The notes under the pieces are model-generated. The model did not search any database, was not told the origin of the DNA, and saw only the letters and a list, made by a program, of their open reading frames with translations. Positions 47,793 through 58,251 of a DNA stretch of 64,000 nucleotides are shown here, one piece after another (position 1 is the stretch's first letter; each line of letters begins with the position of its first letter). Source of the stretch: Pachysolen tannophilus NRRL Y-2460 (taxonomy: Eukaryota); NCBI GenBank assembly GCA_001661245.1, contig KV454012.1, forward strand, positions 588,147 to 652,146. The letters run 5' to 3'. The translations under genes and the position numbers were made by a program.

Positions 47793-50258
47793 TTACCTAC
47801 TATTTTTAGTTTTAGTTCTGAAAAGTCCATTGATAACTGAAGAAGTTCTTTTAATTAAGTTTGGTCCTGAATTTTTCCGTTTTAATACTTTTGAATTGTT
47901 ATCATCATCGGTATTAAATTCAGTACTATCAGTCTTTAATCTAGCACTCTTAATTCTATTATTATTTTTGTCATCATTTTTCAAATCATATGATGATACT
48001 AAAGTCATTGAACTATCACTATCTAATCTCTGTTTTTCATTCCCATATTTGGATTTTCTTCTTCTAATTGTACCATGATTAGATCCAATTTTTCTTTCAG
48101 ATAAGAGAAAAGGTAATTCTTCTTTACTCCAGATATTTTCCAACTTCAATTCAACTGCTAATCTTTCACTGCTTTTAATTTTAACCATATGAGATACACA
48201 ATTGAAAACTGGAACTGTGTTAACCTCTTCTTTATCTCTCCATGTATCGTTATCATCTTCATAATATTTTAATGTTGAAAAATGTTGGATTCTAATTGGA
48301 ATTAATTCTTCAAAATAACAATTGTTGAAATTATTTCTAAAACTTCCAATTTTACTTGAAACTAATTTATCAAGTGAAACATCTACTGGAATAAGATTGT
48401 TAGGATATTTTGTCATACTTCTAATGTCTTTTTGCCAATCTGAAAAAGAATAGTCAAATTTATAAGGTCCATTAACATAATTGATTAAAATATCCAATTG
48501 AGTTATCCATTCAGTTGTTTCTCTTTCATTTACAGCAAAAAACAGTACTTCATATAATGAATATCTATCTTCAAAGACCAATTTAAAACTAAATTCATAA
48601 TTTGATGTTAACCCATCTCCATTAGATTTAGCATATGGGACAATCTTACAACCAGCCAAGGGAATTATAAATTTTATCTCCCAACTATTCAGCTTACTGC
48701 ATGTAGATAAGATCAAATGTGATTTAAAAAGAAAACATCCTAAATATTGAGATTCAATCAGTTTATTTGAAACAACCCATATACATTCTAAACCACCACA
48801 TAGTATAACGTTACCAAAAATATGGAATGGGAAATGGCGATGATCTTGTTCATTATTTTCACGAAATCTTTGGTTTAATGCTAGATTATTAGCATCACAA
48901 GAATTCAAGAAATTGAATAACAAATTAGTTTTTTTTATAACAACTTGTCTACTATTCACATTTGAATTAAGTTGATCTAATTGTCTTTTTAAATCTTCCA
49001 AATTTAATGAAACCAGATTGTAAGTCTGTTGATCTTCTTCTGGAATTATTGTTTTCAATAATGAATCTAAAAGTAATTTATATTTGGGGATTCTTGCAAT
49101 TGGTTTTTGAAATAAAGAAATAAATGATAAATCCATTTTTTGACCTGCAATTTGAGCTGATTCAATAAATCTCAGACAACCATCAGCCCAACAATCCAAT
49201 TTATCATCGGTAAAGACATTTTTGTTTTCATTTGAAGGGCCTAATAATTCCAAAACTTGATCGTATATTAAACAATATTCTTCATAAATATAAGTGCATA
49301 CAGCATTTTTGACAATCAAATCTGAAAATTTTTTCGTTATTAATGGATCTGATGTGGATATGTAACGACGATTTTCTTCTTCTTTTGAAGAAGTTGTATT
49401 AGAAGCAGCAGAGCCCGGGGAAAGAATTAGTGAAGGACTATTTAAAAGGTTTGATACAAAACGAAGTTGTGAACTGGTAATACCACCATCATGACCATAA
49501 TAACTCTTTGTAGTTTTCAGTGCATTCGTAAATAGCGTTTTGAGTTGATCCAAAAAAGAGCTGTGGTTTTCAATTAAAATTTCAACGTATTTTTCACCAT
49601 AAACCATTGGAGAACAAACTGATTTTTCATTTGCTGCAAGTAATGGCTTGATATAACTTGTAGATAACAAGATCAAAGAGTCCAAATAATTTTCTTCAGT
49701 TTCTATTAATTCTTCAATAAGTTTTTGTCTTTGATAAGCTCTTTTGGAAACAATATTCTCCGAATAAACGTAATGATCTGAAAGCACTGGTGAAGTTATC
49801 GTCGAATATGAATAATTTGAAACAGGACTAGAATCATCGGCAATATGTTTCTTAATGTCAGATGAAATAGGTCCTCCAAAATTTAAAAATGAAGGCTCTG
49901 TAAGTTGAAGCTTATTATCGTTTGTCAGTTTAAATGAATCATTCAGCGTAACACTAATGGCTTCTGAAAAATTCTCCGATTGAATGCCACCACCACCACC
50001 AGTTAAAGAGGTATTATTTATATCCTTAGGTACAAGTTCTTTAAATTCTCCAGAAATTTTTATTGATGATTTACCATTCTCCGTTTTCTTTATATGTGAA
50101 TGTGAGCTTTCCAACCTTTTATTTTGCAGCAAATGGGTATAGGGATTGGTAACCATAAAAGGGGTACTGTGATTAAGTTGAAATAAAGAAGCTGGTGACA
50201 AAAACAAGTTGTTTGGTGTCGACTCTGAAGAGTAAACTTCAAAACTAGGCTTAGACAT
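47793..50258 (-). CDS. Dbl-family RhoGEF (DH + PH)
   Basis: KLIEELIETEENYLDSL (DH CR1), QKPIARIPKYKLLL (CR3), followed by a PH-like region (FLFKSHLIL..EWITQL). Confidence 0.85.
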   Translation of the reverse strand: MSKPSFEVYSSESTPNNLFLSPASLFQLNHSTPFMVTNPYTHLLQNKRLESSHSHIKKTENGKSSIKISGEFKELVPKDINNTSLTGGGGGIQSENFSEAISVTLNDSFKLTNDNKLQLTEPSFLNFGGPISSDIKKHIADDSSPVSNYSYSTITSPVLSDHYVYSENIVSKRAYQRQKLIEELIETEENYLDSLILLSTSYIKPLLAANEKSVCSPMVYGEKYVEILIENHSSFLDQLKTLFTNALKTTKSYYGHDGGITSSQLRFVSNLLNSPSLILSPGSAASNTTSSKEEENRRYISTSDPLITKKFSDLIVKNAVCTYIYEEYCLIYDQVLELLGPSNENKNVFTDDKLDCWADGCLRFIESAQIAGQKMDLSFISLFQKPIARIPKYKLLLDSLLKTIIPEEDQQTYNLVSLNLEDLKRQLDQLNSNVNSRQVVIKKTNLLFNFLNSCDANNLALNQRFRENNEQDHRHFPFHIFGNVILCGGLECIWVVSNKLIESQYLGCFLFKSHLILSTCSKLNSWEIKFIIPLAGCKIVPYAKSNGDGLTSNYEFSFKLVFEDRYSLYEVLFFAVNERETTEWITQLDILINYVNGPYKFDYSFSDWQKDIRSMTKYPNNLIPVDVSLDKLVSSKIGSFRNNFNNCYFEELIPIRIQHFSTLKYYEDDNDTWRDKEEVNTVPVFNCVSHMVKIKSSERLAVELKLENIWSKEELPFLLSERKIGSNHGTIRRRKSKYGNEKQRLDSDSSMTLVSSYDLKNDDKNNNRIKSARLKTDSTEFNTDDDNNSKVLKRKNSGPNLIKRTSSVINGLFRTKTKNSR

Positions 50259-51029
50259 TTTTTTCTTTTCTTTTTTTTTTATTTTTCAAGAATCACAATA
50301 ACTTTTCTTGAAACTTTGCTCTCCTTTAAAGGACTTGGTCACATCCAATTTCTTCTTGTAAATCAACGAGTTATCTCTCTCTCTTCTTTTTTTTTTGTTT
50401 TTTCTTTAAAGAAAATTTAATAGCTAAATGATTATTGTAAATAGCTTTTAGAAGAACCTAAATTGAGTATCTAGCAATATCTTTGATTTCCAAGCAAAAA
50501 AAATAATTCTATATTGATTTAAGATTCAATTTTCAAATTAGAAAAAAATTAATTCTTCTCTTTTCAATATCAAGAAAATCATTCCAACTCGAAATTAAAT
50601 CAAAACAAGAGAGTTAAAAGGAACTTGATCAATTCATTCAATTGATCAAACAACTTGATCCAAATGTCAAAAAGAGGAAAAAAATGTTCTTTCATGCAAG
50701 TTTATGCAAGTTGTGCTACATGCCACAAAAGTCAATTTTCTTTTTATTTTGGAGTATCCAGGAAGTTGCAATGGAAGATGGATCAAGATGATGGGTAACA
50801 AAAAAAAAGGAGGGGAGGAGGAAGAGGGAATCCAATTGAATGACAGATTACTGTTAACAAGAGTTATATTCTATTGTTACTGTTTTAGTAAGGTTCTATT
50901 TAGTTATTATAGCCTTAGAAAAAATGAAAAAAAATGTATTTATATATATTAATGAAATATGCATCTACTAGATAAGCCAGATAAGCCAGGTAAGCCAATT
51001 GATAAGCCAACCAAAAAAAATGCATAAAA

Positions 51030-52706
51030 TCATTTTTCCTCTAAGTTGAGCTTCAATGCATTAGTTAAAGTACTTGATAGAAATAAAGCTTTTTCTTCTT
51101 GGTACCTCGGAGCGACTACTTGTAATGTGACTGGGGTCCCATCAAATAATTCGGGATCGTAATATTCATGGGTAAATTTATCCATTTCATTGATGGGTTT
51201 GTAAGAGTTGTTGATTAAATCAATTTTTTTATCAACTTTTGTAATCGGTGTAACAACAACGGAGTAGTCTAAGACGTTGAATACTGAGGTGTACATTGTG
51301 GTTAATTTGGGGAAATCACCACTTTTAAAAGAACAAGTTTCCCAAGATGGAGAAATTAAACCATCAATTGGCCTGCCAGTTGTAGTTAAAGTTTTAGTGC
51401 TAAGCCAAAAATCGTCATAAATCTGTTGGTACTTGTACCTTAAGCCAGCTTGTTCCCAATGCTCTTCAATTGAGATTGATGGTCCACCAGCTTTACCTCC
51501 ACATAGGGCAATATCTTCTTTTATTAATGGCTCGCCAGATTTAGCACATTCGTTTAACATTTCTTTACAATTATCTGCACCAAAGATAGCAGAGGCTAAG
51601 TTAAGCAAATCTAAATGGCTTACTGGAGGTTCCCATTCAACAACTTCATGACCCAGTTTGAGTAAAGCAGTTTTAGCAGTTTCAATAGCTCTCAAGATTG
51701 GTGGATGTGGCATGATATATTTATTCCATTTCATAATACCAAAACATAATTTATCTGTTGGCTTTAAAGAAACTTCTCTATATGGAATAGGTGGAACTTT
51801 TGGATCACGAAGATATTGTTTTGATTCAACAATAAATTTAAAAATAAATTTTATATCTTCTAAATCTTGAGCCATTGGTCCAATAACAGATACCATAACT
51901 GGTTGATTACAATAAGAATTTGTCACATTACGATATGTAATTCTATGAGAACTTGGTCTTAAACCATAAATACCTTGAAATGCAGAAGGAATTCTAACAC
52001 TTCCACCAATATCGGTTCCAAAACCTAATAGAGCTCCACGGGCACCAATAAGGCATCCTTCACCACCTGAAGAACCACCACAACTCAATTTTCTATTAAT
52101 GGAGTTTTTAGTATAACCATAAATATTTGAAACTGTATCACCTGCCATCATTGCAGTTGGAACTGTTGTCTTTACAAAGAAAATTGCACCTGCAGAACTT
52201 AAGATATCTGCTAAAACAGATTCTTGTTCTTTTGGAAATGGTTTATTCAATAAAGAAATATAACCAATTGCACTATCCAAACCTTCTAAATTAAACTGAT
52301 CTTTTAATGAGATGGGAATACCATGTAATGGACCAATTGTCTTGCCATACTTGGCGTAATATTCATCCAACTCCTTGGCTTTGTGAAAAGCTCTATCAAA
52401 GAAAATCTCAGCACAACACGATGTCATTTGGTGAACTAATGCAGTTCTATGACAGAAAGCTTTTGTAACATTTGAAGCTGTCAATTCACCTTTAGAAATC
52501 TTATCAGCCAATTTTAAAACTGTAGAACTAGTAATAGCTACTTCTTCTTCGGGTAAAAATTTATCAAGATATTCACAAACATTTGGAACTTCTTTCTCTG
52601 AAGGTATACTTTCAAGAATCCATTCTTTTGGAATATTGTCAAGTAATGACTGACGTTTAGCCAGGGCAATCTCTTGATATGGAACAGCAATATCTTTTGC
52701 AGTCAT
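51030..52706 (-). CDS. Amidase-signature family amidase (Amd2/acetamidase-like)
   Basis: GPLHGIPISLKD, GGSSGGEG, GTDIGGSVRIPS; ATG at 52706. Confidence 0.93.
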   Translation of the reverse strand: MTAKDIAVPYQEIALAKRQSLLDNIPKEWILESIPSEKEVPNVCEYLDKFLPEEEVAITSSTVLKLADKISKGELTASNVTKAFCHRTALVHQMTSCCAEIFFDRAFHKAKELDEYYAKYGKTIGPLHGIPISLKDQFNLEGLDSAIGYISLLNKPFPKEQESVLADILSSAGAIFFVKTTVPTAMMAGDTVSNIYGYTKNSINRKLSCGGSSGGEGCLIGARGALLGFGTDIGGSVRIPSAFQGIYGLRPSSHRITYRNVTNSYCNQPVMVSVIGPMAQDLEDIKFIFKFIVESKQYLRDPKVPPIPYREVSLKPTDKLCFGIMKWNKYIMPHPPILRAIETAKTALLKLGHEVVEWEPPVSHLDLLNLASAIFGADNCKEMLNECAKSGEPLIKEDIALCGGKAGGPSISIEEHWEQAGLRYKYQQIYDDFWLSTKTLTTTGRPIDGLISPSWETCSFKSGDFPKLTTMYTSVFNVLDYSVVVTPITKVDKKIDLINNSYKPINEMDKFTHEYYDPELFDGTPVTLQVVAPRYQEEKALFLSSTLTNALKLNLEEK

Positions 52707-52888
52707 TTGGGTTACAATTGTGTTCAATTGGAAATTGGAAATTGAAAATTAATTGATTCCTACCTACAATTCCAAGTTACATACAAAGAAAAAAAAATTA
52801 AGATAGGAAAAGATTACTTAAATATATACTTCCAACAGTTTCAATGCAGCCCAGACAACTGTATCAGCAGAATCAGTAGAAATACAGA

Positions 52889-52904
52889 TCTTATCTAGAT
52901 AAGA
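52889..52904. promoter_or_regulatory. Palindromic double GATA site upstream of the amidase
   Basis: TCTTATCTAGATAAGA is a perfect 16-bp palindrome containing two GATAAG sites. Confidence 0.6.
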
Positions 52905-53065
52905 ACTCCCAAATCAGGGTTTGCCGATTGAACCATACATGTAAGTTTTAACACGGCCCGGCAACTCTTCCAAAATGAGTAATAATAAGGCGGAGGAGAG
53001 TCGTGTAAATAGAAACTGAAAAATTTAGAAGATGAGTCGAGGAAGAAAGGTATTAAACATTACAA

Positions 53066-53929
53066 ATGGGACATAAATCAATAATACCCATATATGAGAA
53101 TTTATGCTTTATGACCGGTATGATGAGATCTAATTTTGGAATTGTTCTTCGCGGTATACGTGGAGCCTTTAAACTTGGCTTATCAAATAATAGGATAGTG
53201 TTTGTACCTAAATTGAAAGTGAATCCGGCAACTTTCCTGTTAATATCATTACGTCAGTTTTCTTCAACTCAAATTTCATTAGCTAAGAAAGATAAAAAAT
53301 CTGGTAAAAACTCTAAAACCAATAATAAGGATGATAAAGAAGAGGATGTTGTAGAGGTGATAGATGGGAAGAAAGTTTTGGTAGCTGTTGAGAAAAATTT
53401 CGAAAAATGTTTGGATCTGCATCAAAAGAAAATCACAGAGATCAAATTGGGGAAATCAAACCCTAAATTGTTTGATAGATTGAAATTAAACATTGATGGT
53501 AAAGAAGTTCTTTTTACTGCTGTGGCTCAAACAACTACAAAAGGTGGTAGGTCTTTGAATGTTACTGTTTTCGATCCAAAGAATGCGAAAACTGTTGTTA
53601 GTGCTATATTGGCTTCAGGTTTAAATATGAATCCAGAGATGGATACCAAAAATCCACAATTATTAACGGTTCCTCTTCCACCACCAACAGCAGAGTCTAA
53701 AATGGAGAATTTAAAAAATTTAAAAGAAAACTTTGAATATTTCAAAAATAATAATTCAAATAAGTTTTCTTTGAATTTTGTTAGATCAGAATATTTGAAA
53801 AATTTTAAAAAATCAAAATTAGATGATGATTTAAAGAAAACTGTTGCTGAAATTGAAAAATTGCATAAGAAATACGCAGAATTATTGAATGAACAATTCA
53901 AAGCAGCTGAAAAAAGTTTAATGAAATAG
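53066..53929 (+). CDS. RRF1: Mitochondrial ribosome recycling factor
   Basis: Presequence, GKSNPKLFD, VAQT..KGGR.L.VTVFDP, AILASGLNMNP, VPLPPPTAE; the true start may be a downstream ATG (53111-53123). Confidence 0.88.
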   Translation: MGHKSIIPIYENLCFMTGMMRSNFGIVLRGIRGAFKLGLSNNRIVFVPKLKVNPATFLLISLRQFSSTQISLAKKDKKSGKNSKTNNKDDKEEDVVEVIDGKKVLVAVEKNFEKCLDLHQKKITEIKLGKSNPKLFDRLKLNIDGKEVLFTAVAQTTTKGGRSLNVTVFDPKNAKTVVSAILASGLNMNPEMDTKNPQLLTVPLPPPTAESKMENLKNLKENFEYFKNNNSNKFSLNFVRSEYLKNFKKSKLDDDLKKTVAEIEKLHKKYAELLNEQFKAAEKSLMK

Positions 53930-54153
53930 AATTATATGTATACATTTTAATTTTTATTTTAAAAACTTTCTCCGTTTCTTTGTATACTGTACATATTAGG
54001 CTGAAAATCAAAAATAAAGAAAACGGAAAAATAGTGACGAGTCAATAATAAAATACAGATTTAAAAATTTTTCTTTTTTTTTTTTTTTTTCTTTCTTTCT
54101 TTCTTTCTTTCTCTTATTGTTGTTTCAGATGCCTTTCATTCTATCTGAATTCT

Positions 54154-56052
54154 TCAGCTACAATTTTTAGCCAAGGTAAAAACTGCTTTGAACCTTTCCC
54201 ATAAGCTGTTATCGTAACCTGACTTATTTAACGATTTAACGAAAAGCCATGCTTTTTTTTCATCTTTTATTGGGTAATCCACAGGTGGTGGGATTGTTGT
54301 ATGGATGAATGGGTATTTGTCGTAACAAACAGATTTAGCATTGCACAAACCACGTAATCCTTCTTCGCCGCCAAATTTACCATATCCTGATTTTTTAACA
54401 CCACCAAAGGGTAATTGACAGAGGTAAAATGTAGCAAAGTCATTAATAGAGACATTACCTGTAACCAAATTATTTGCTATGTAGTTACCCAATTTGAAAT
54501 CATTTGAGAAAACAGAAGCACCAAGTCCATATTCTGTTGAGTTAGTAATTGAGATTGCTTCTTCAACGTCATTAGCTTTAATCATTGTTAATACTGGGCC
54601 AAAAATTTCATTTTGTGCAATATCCATTGATGCGTCTACATCTACCAATAAAGTTGGTTGAAAATAATGACCTTGAGGATAGTTTGGATGATGGAATTTT
54701 TTACCTCCTGCAAGAAGTTTTGCTCCTTGATCAACAGCATTAGAAATAATTTTTTCAAGAGTATCAAATCTTGCATCTGTAATAATTGCACCCATGTCTA
54801 TATCTTCCAATTGATCGATATCAGAACCTAATCTCAATTCTTTTATTCTCTTGGACAAGATCTTTACTAATTGATCATAAACACGTGGTAATGCAATGAC
54901 TCTTTCAATACCAATACAATTTTGTCCTGAACTTTGGAAAGTACCTCTTAATATAATTGAAGCAACTGATTCTATATCTTTAACATCATCACAAACAATT
55001 ATTGAATCTTTCCCACCAAGTTCCAAGACTACTGGGGTTAAAGATTTTCCAGCTGCATTTATAACTTTATGAGCAACAGGTTTTGAACCAATAAATGTTA
55101 TATGGGATAATCCTGGATGTGATGTGAAATAATCTGCTTCTTCTGGCCAACAACATACTAATTGAACAATATTTGGATCATGTCCACATTTTTGTAATGC
55201 AGCTTGAACTATTGAAATAAAATAAGTTGAACTCCAAAAAACTTGTTCAGAACATTTAATGATACAACCATTACCTGTGAATATACTTGCAACAATTGGT
55301 CCCATTAAATTATGGAAAGGATAATTCCAGCTAATTAAAGCAGCTACAACACCCAATGGTTCATATCTAACTTCAGCTTCTTTATATTTCATGAATAAAT
55401 TAGAAGGTCCTGGTCTTGAAGAAATAGATAAACTTTTTTCACCATTTTGTAAGATCCAATTAATTTTTTCTAAAGTTACTAATATTTCACCCATTGAAGC
55501 ATCAACCATTGTTTTACCTGAATCTCTACAAGCAACTCTAACAATTTCACTTTGATGATCACAAATAAATTGATTTAAAGTTCTCAAAACTTTACGACGT
55601 TGTTGAAAACTTGTTTTTAACCATTTTAATTGTGCATTTTGACAATTATTAATTGATTTATCAATATCTTCTTTTGAAAAAGATTTATATTTCCCCAAGA
55701 ATTGACCTGTTGCAGGACAATAACATTGTATATAATTTGGATCATCTTGATTTCTTATAGAAACTGGAAATAATCTTTTACCTTTCCAATGCGGTTTAGC
55801 AGCTTCCGGAGTATTTAATTCAATCTTAACAGGTCTTTCTAATCTATAATTTGAATTTAATTTATAATAAAAAGCAAATGAAATAGGTAATACAACTGTA
55901 ACCAAAAATGAAATCGATATTTCCACAGGTAAATTTTGTGAATTTAAAACATGATTCCAAATCGAATCTAATAAACTTAAATTCGAAATAAAAAAATTGC
56001 TTGGATTAATCTGTGATAGCACCATTGATAATTCAGTAAAACTCGATTTCAT
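54154..56052 (-). CDS. MSC7: Msc7-type aldehyde dehydrogenase-like ER protein
   Basis: N-terminal TM, IQCYCPATGQ, ISWNYPFHN, LELGGKD, SGQNCIGIER, QLPFGG. Confidence 0.92.
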   Translation of the reverse strand: MKSSFTELSMVLSQINPSNFFISNLSLLDSIWNHVLNSQNLPVEISISFLVTVVLPISFAFYYKLNSNYRLERPVKIELNTPEAAKPHWKGKRLFPVSIRNQDDPNYIQCYCPATGQFLGKYKSFSKEDIDKSINNCQNAQLKWLKTSFQQRRKVLRTLNQFICDHQSEIVRVACRDSGKTMVDASMGEILVTLEKINWILQNGEKSLSISSRPGPSNLFMKYKEAEVRYEPLGVVAALISWNYPFHNLMGPIVASIFTGNGCIIKCSEQVFWSSTYFISIVQAALQKCGHDPNIVQLVCCWPEEADYFTSHPGLSHITFIGSKPVAHKVINAAGKSLTPVVLELGGKDSIIVCDDVKDIESVASIILRGTFQSSGQNCIGIERVIALPRVYDQLVKILSKRIKELRLGSDIDQLEDIDMGAIITDARFDTLEKIISNAVDQGAKLLAGGKKFHHPNYPQGHYFQPTLLVDVDASMDIAQNEIFGPVLTMIKANDVEEAISITNSTEYGLGASVFSNDFKLGNYIANNLVTGNVSINDFATFYLCQLPFGGVKKSGYGKFGGEEGLRGLCNAKSVCYDKYPFIHTTIPPPVDYPIKDEKKAWLFVKSLNKSGYDNSLWERFKAVFTLAKNCS

Positions 56053-56880
56053 CAATAATTATTAAATTATCTTTTAAAATTAGAATTAGAATTAGAATTA
56101 GAAAATTAAAATGAAAATAATTTCTTTAAAAACCAATAATCAAAAAATATAACAACTCTTTTTCAATCTCTATTAATTTATCATAATCATTAAATCAACT
56201 CATCTCTCGTAAAATAACTAGTCTTATTTCTTCGTACAATAAAACTCGTCAACTAAACAACCTGAAGTGTCAATCAGCCCGTCAATCAGGCCGTCCGTCT
56301 GCCAGCTCTGCCAGCCAGCCCGCGAGTTAGCCTGCGAGAGTCTATCTGCCCGCTGAAGCAAAGAAGGCCCGGCTGAAGCACCAGCAAGGCCAATCCGCCA
56401 ATCCGCCAATCCGCCAGCTAGTTAGGCGGCCAGGCTGCAAGGCGGGCCTTCGTGCCACAATTAAAGAAAAAAAAACACTTTCTTGATTCCCGCGCGCACG
56501 ACCCTCCCTAAACATCCCCTTTTCCCGCTTAAAAATCCAATTCAAACAGTTTTACTAATTCAATCAGTTAGCTTTTGCAATAAAAGAAAAAAACAAATTG
56601 GTGTAAACTGATATAAAGTATAATATCTCTCATATAGAACAGCAAAGCATATAACTTTTATAGAAGGGAAAATTGGTTCTAGTTTTAAAATCTCTGTTAC
56701 CAAAATATATTTTTTTTTTTTGTCTTTTTTTTTGGGGGGGAAAGAGAGTTCTTTGAATCACGTGCAAAGTTGACTGGTATAAAGAAAAAATTTTTCAAAT
56801 GCATATGAAGAGAAGAGAAGAGATAAAGATATAGATAGGTTTATAAAGAGATATTGATAAAGGTAATAATTTTGGGAAAG

Positions 56881-57066
56881 ATGGGATCTAAGAGGAAGAA
56901 GTCGGAGAAGCAGAAGGATTTTAAGAAGGCCAAGTTGAAAGTTGGGAAGACGAAGCTGAAGGCTTTGAATCATACTGATACTTCGTTTGTTGCCAAGACG
57001 ATTTCGTTACCTTCACAGTCTATAGCTAATAAGAAATCATCGTTGACATCTAATAAGATTATCTAA
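56881..57066 (+). CDS. IPI1: Ipi1 (Rix1 complex), N-terminal 61 codons only
   Basis: MGSKRKKSEKQKDFKKAKLKVGK..NHTDTSFVAKTISLPSQ is the Ipi1/TEX10 N-terminal signature; ends at TAA 57064-57066. Confidence 0.88.
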   Translation: MGSKRKKSEKQKDFKKAKLKVGKTKLKALNHTDTSFVAKTISLPSQSIANKKSSLTSNKII

Positions 57067-57277
57067 CCTATTACTCTCTTAAAAACAACAATTTAAAAAA
57101 TGAATTAAATATTACAAACTCTTAAAAAGAACTTTTCACCTTTTATTTAAAAAAAAAAAAATACAACATAATAATAAACTGTGGTCGTGTTTTCAACCTG
57201 ATGAGCTTTTAGTTATTTAATATTTTGACTATATAATATATAGATAGATATATATCGAATTATTCTATATGAATGTG

Positions 57278-58249
57278 CTATTGTCTACTGTTAAACTCTT
57301 GTTCGTCCTTCTCTGCTTGGTCTAAGATACTCAATACGTTTTTAGCTGCTTTAGTAAAGTCTCCAGCTTCATTTAGCAACTCTGTTAAACCTCTTTTCAT
57401 TGGTTTTTCAAAAAAATCAATCAAGATTTTTCTTCTAGTTTCTATATCTTCACAACTTGTATTATTCAAATCGATAAAAGAGCTATTATTTGGATTGGTA
57501 TTTGAAGGTAATTCTTTAATGAAAAGTTTTAAATGAGTATAAGGTTCGGGCACTGTAGGTAATAAATACAAATTTGTTAATGCATGAATTGAATAAATTT
57601 TTAAATCATTATTTGAAATATCATCTAAGTTTTTTTCAATTTCAAATTTAAATAATCCCTTATTTAAAAAATTTGACAAGATTTCTAAATGATATAACCT
57701 TGATTGTGAATTAGATTTGCTTGAAATTGATTTTGTAGATATTGATAAACTTAAAGATTTTTTACTATCCACATTTAATTGCCAATTCAACAATTGACAA
57801 AAACATTTTAAAGTTTTAATCCATGAACTCTTTATTAATGAATTTGGTCCATAATCAACCAATATTTTTAAAAATTTTGTAGAATCATTTCTAATATCAG
57901 GTTGAATATGGGTCATTGCAGAATGAATAAATAAAACTATTGATCTTGCATGTAATTCCATTATTCCTTCTTGCTTCTTTGATATCGAAATCAAAAGTGA
58001 AACCAAAGATTGCCTTACAAGCGAATTTTGATCCATTATTAATGGTACTATAGAATTTAATAAATTCTTATATGAAGATGGATTTGAAGGTAAATGCAGC
58101 TCAATATAATTTAAAACTTCTTTCCTAGTTGTAGCAGAATGATGCTTCGTTAAAGACAAATGCCGTGTTAAATCCACATCCTCAACAACAGCTAAACCTT
58201 GTGAAATAACCTTTGACCCAGTAGATTTATTACCAGATATATTTTGAAG
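57278..58249 (-). CDS. IPI1: Ipi1 remainder on the opposite strand, with no ATG at its 5' end
   Basis: DLTRHLSLTKHH..RKE, SAMTHIQPDIRNDSTKFL, PEPYTHLKLF; open frame runs from 58249 to the stop at 57278. Confidence 0.9.
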   Translation of the reverse strand, partial: LQNISGNKSTGSKVISQGLAVVEDVDLTRHLSLTKHHSATTRKEVLNYIELHLPSNPSSYKNLLNSIVPLIMDQNSLVRQSLVSLLISISKKQEGIMELHARSIVLFIHSAMTHIQPDIRNDSTKFLKILVDYGPNSLIKSSWIKTLKCFCQLLNWQLNVDSKKSLSLSISTKSISSKSNSQSRLYHLEILSNFLNKGLFKFEIEKNLDDISNNDLKIYSIHALTNLYLLPTVPEPYTHLKLFIKELPSNTNPNNSSFIDLNNTSCEDIETRRKILIDFFEKPMKRGLTELLNEAGDFTKAAKNVLSILDQAEKDEQEFNSRQ

Positions 58250-58251
58250 TT

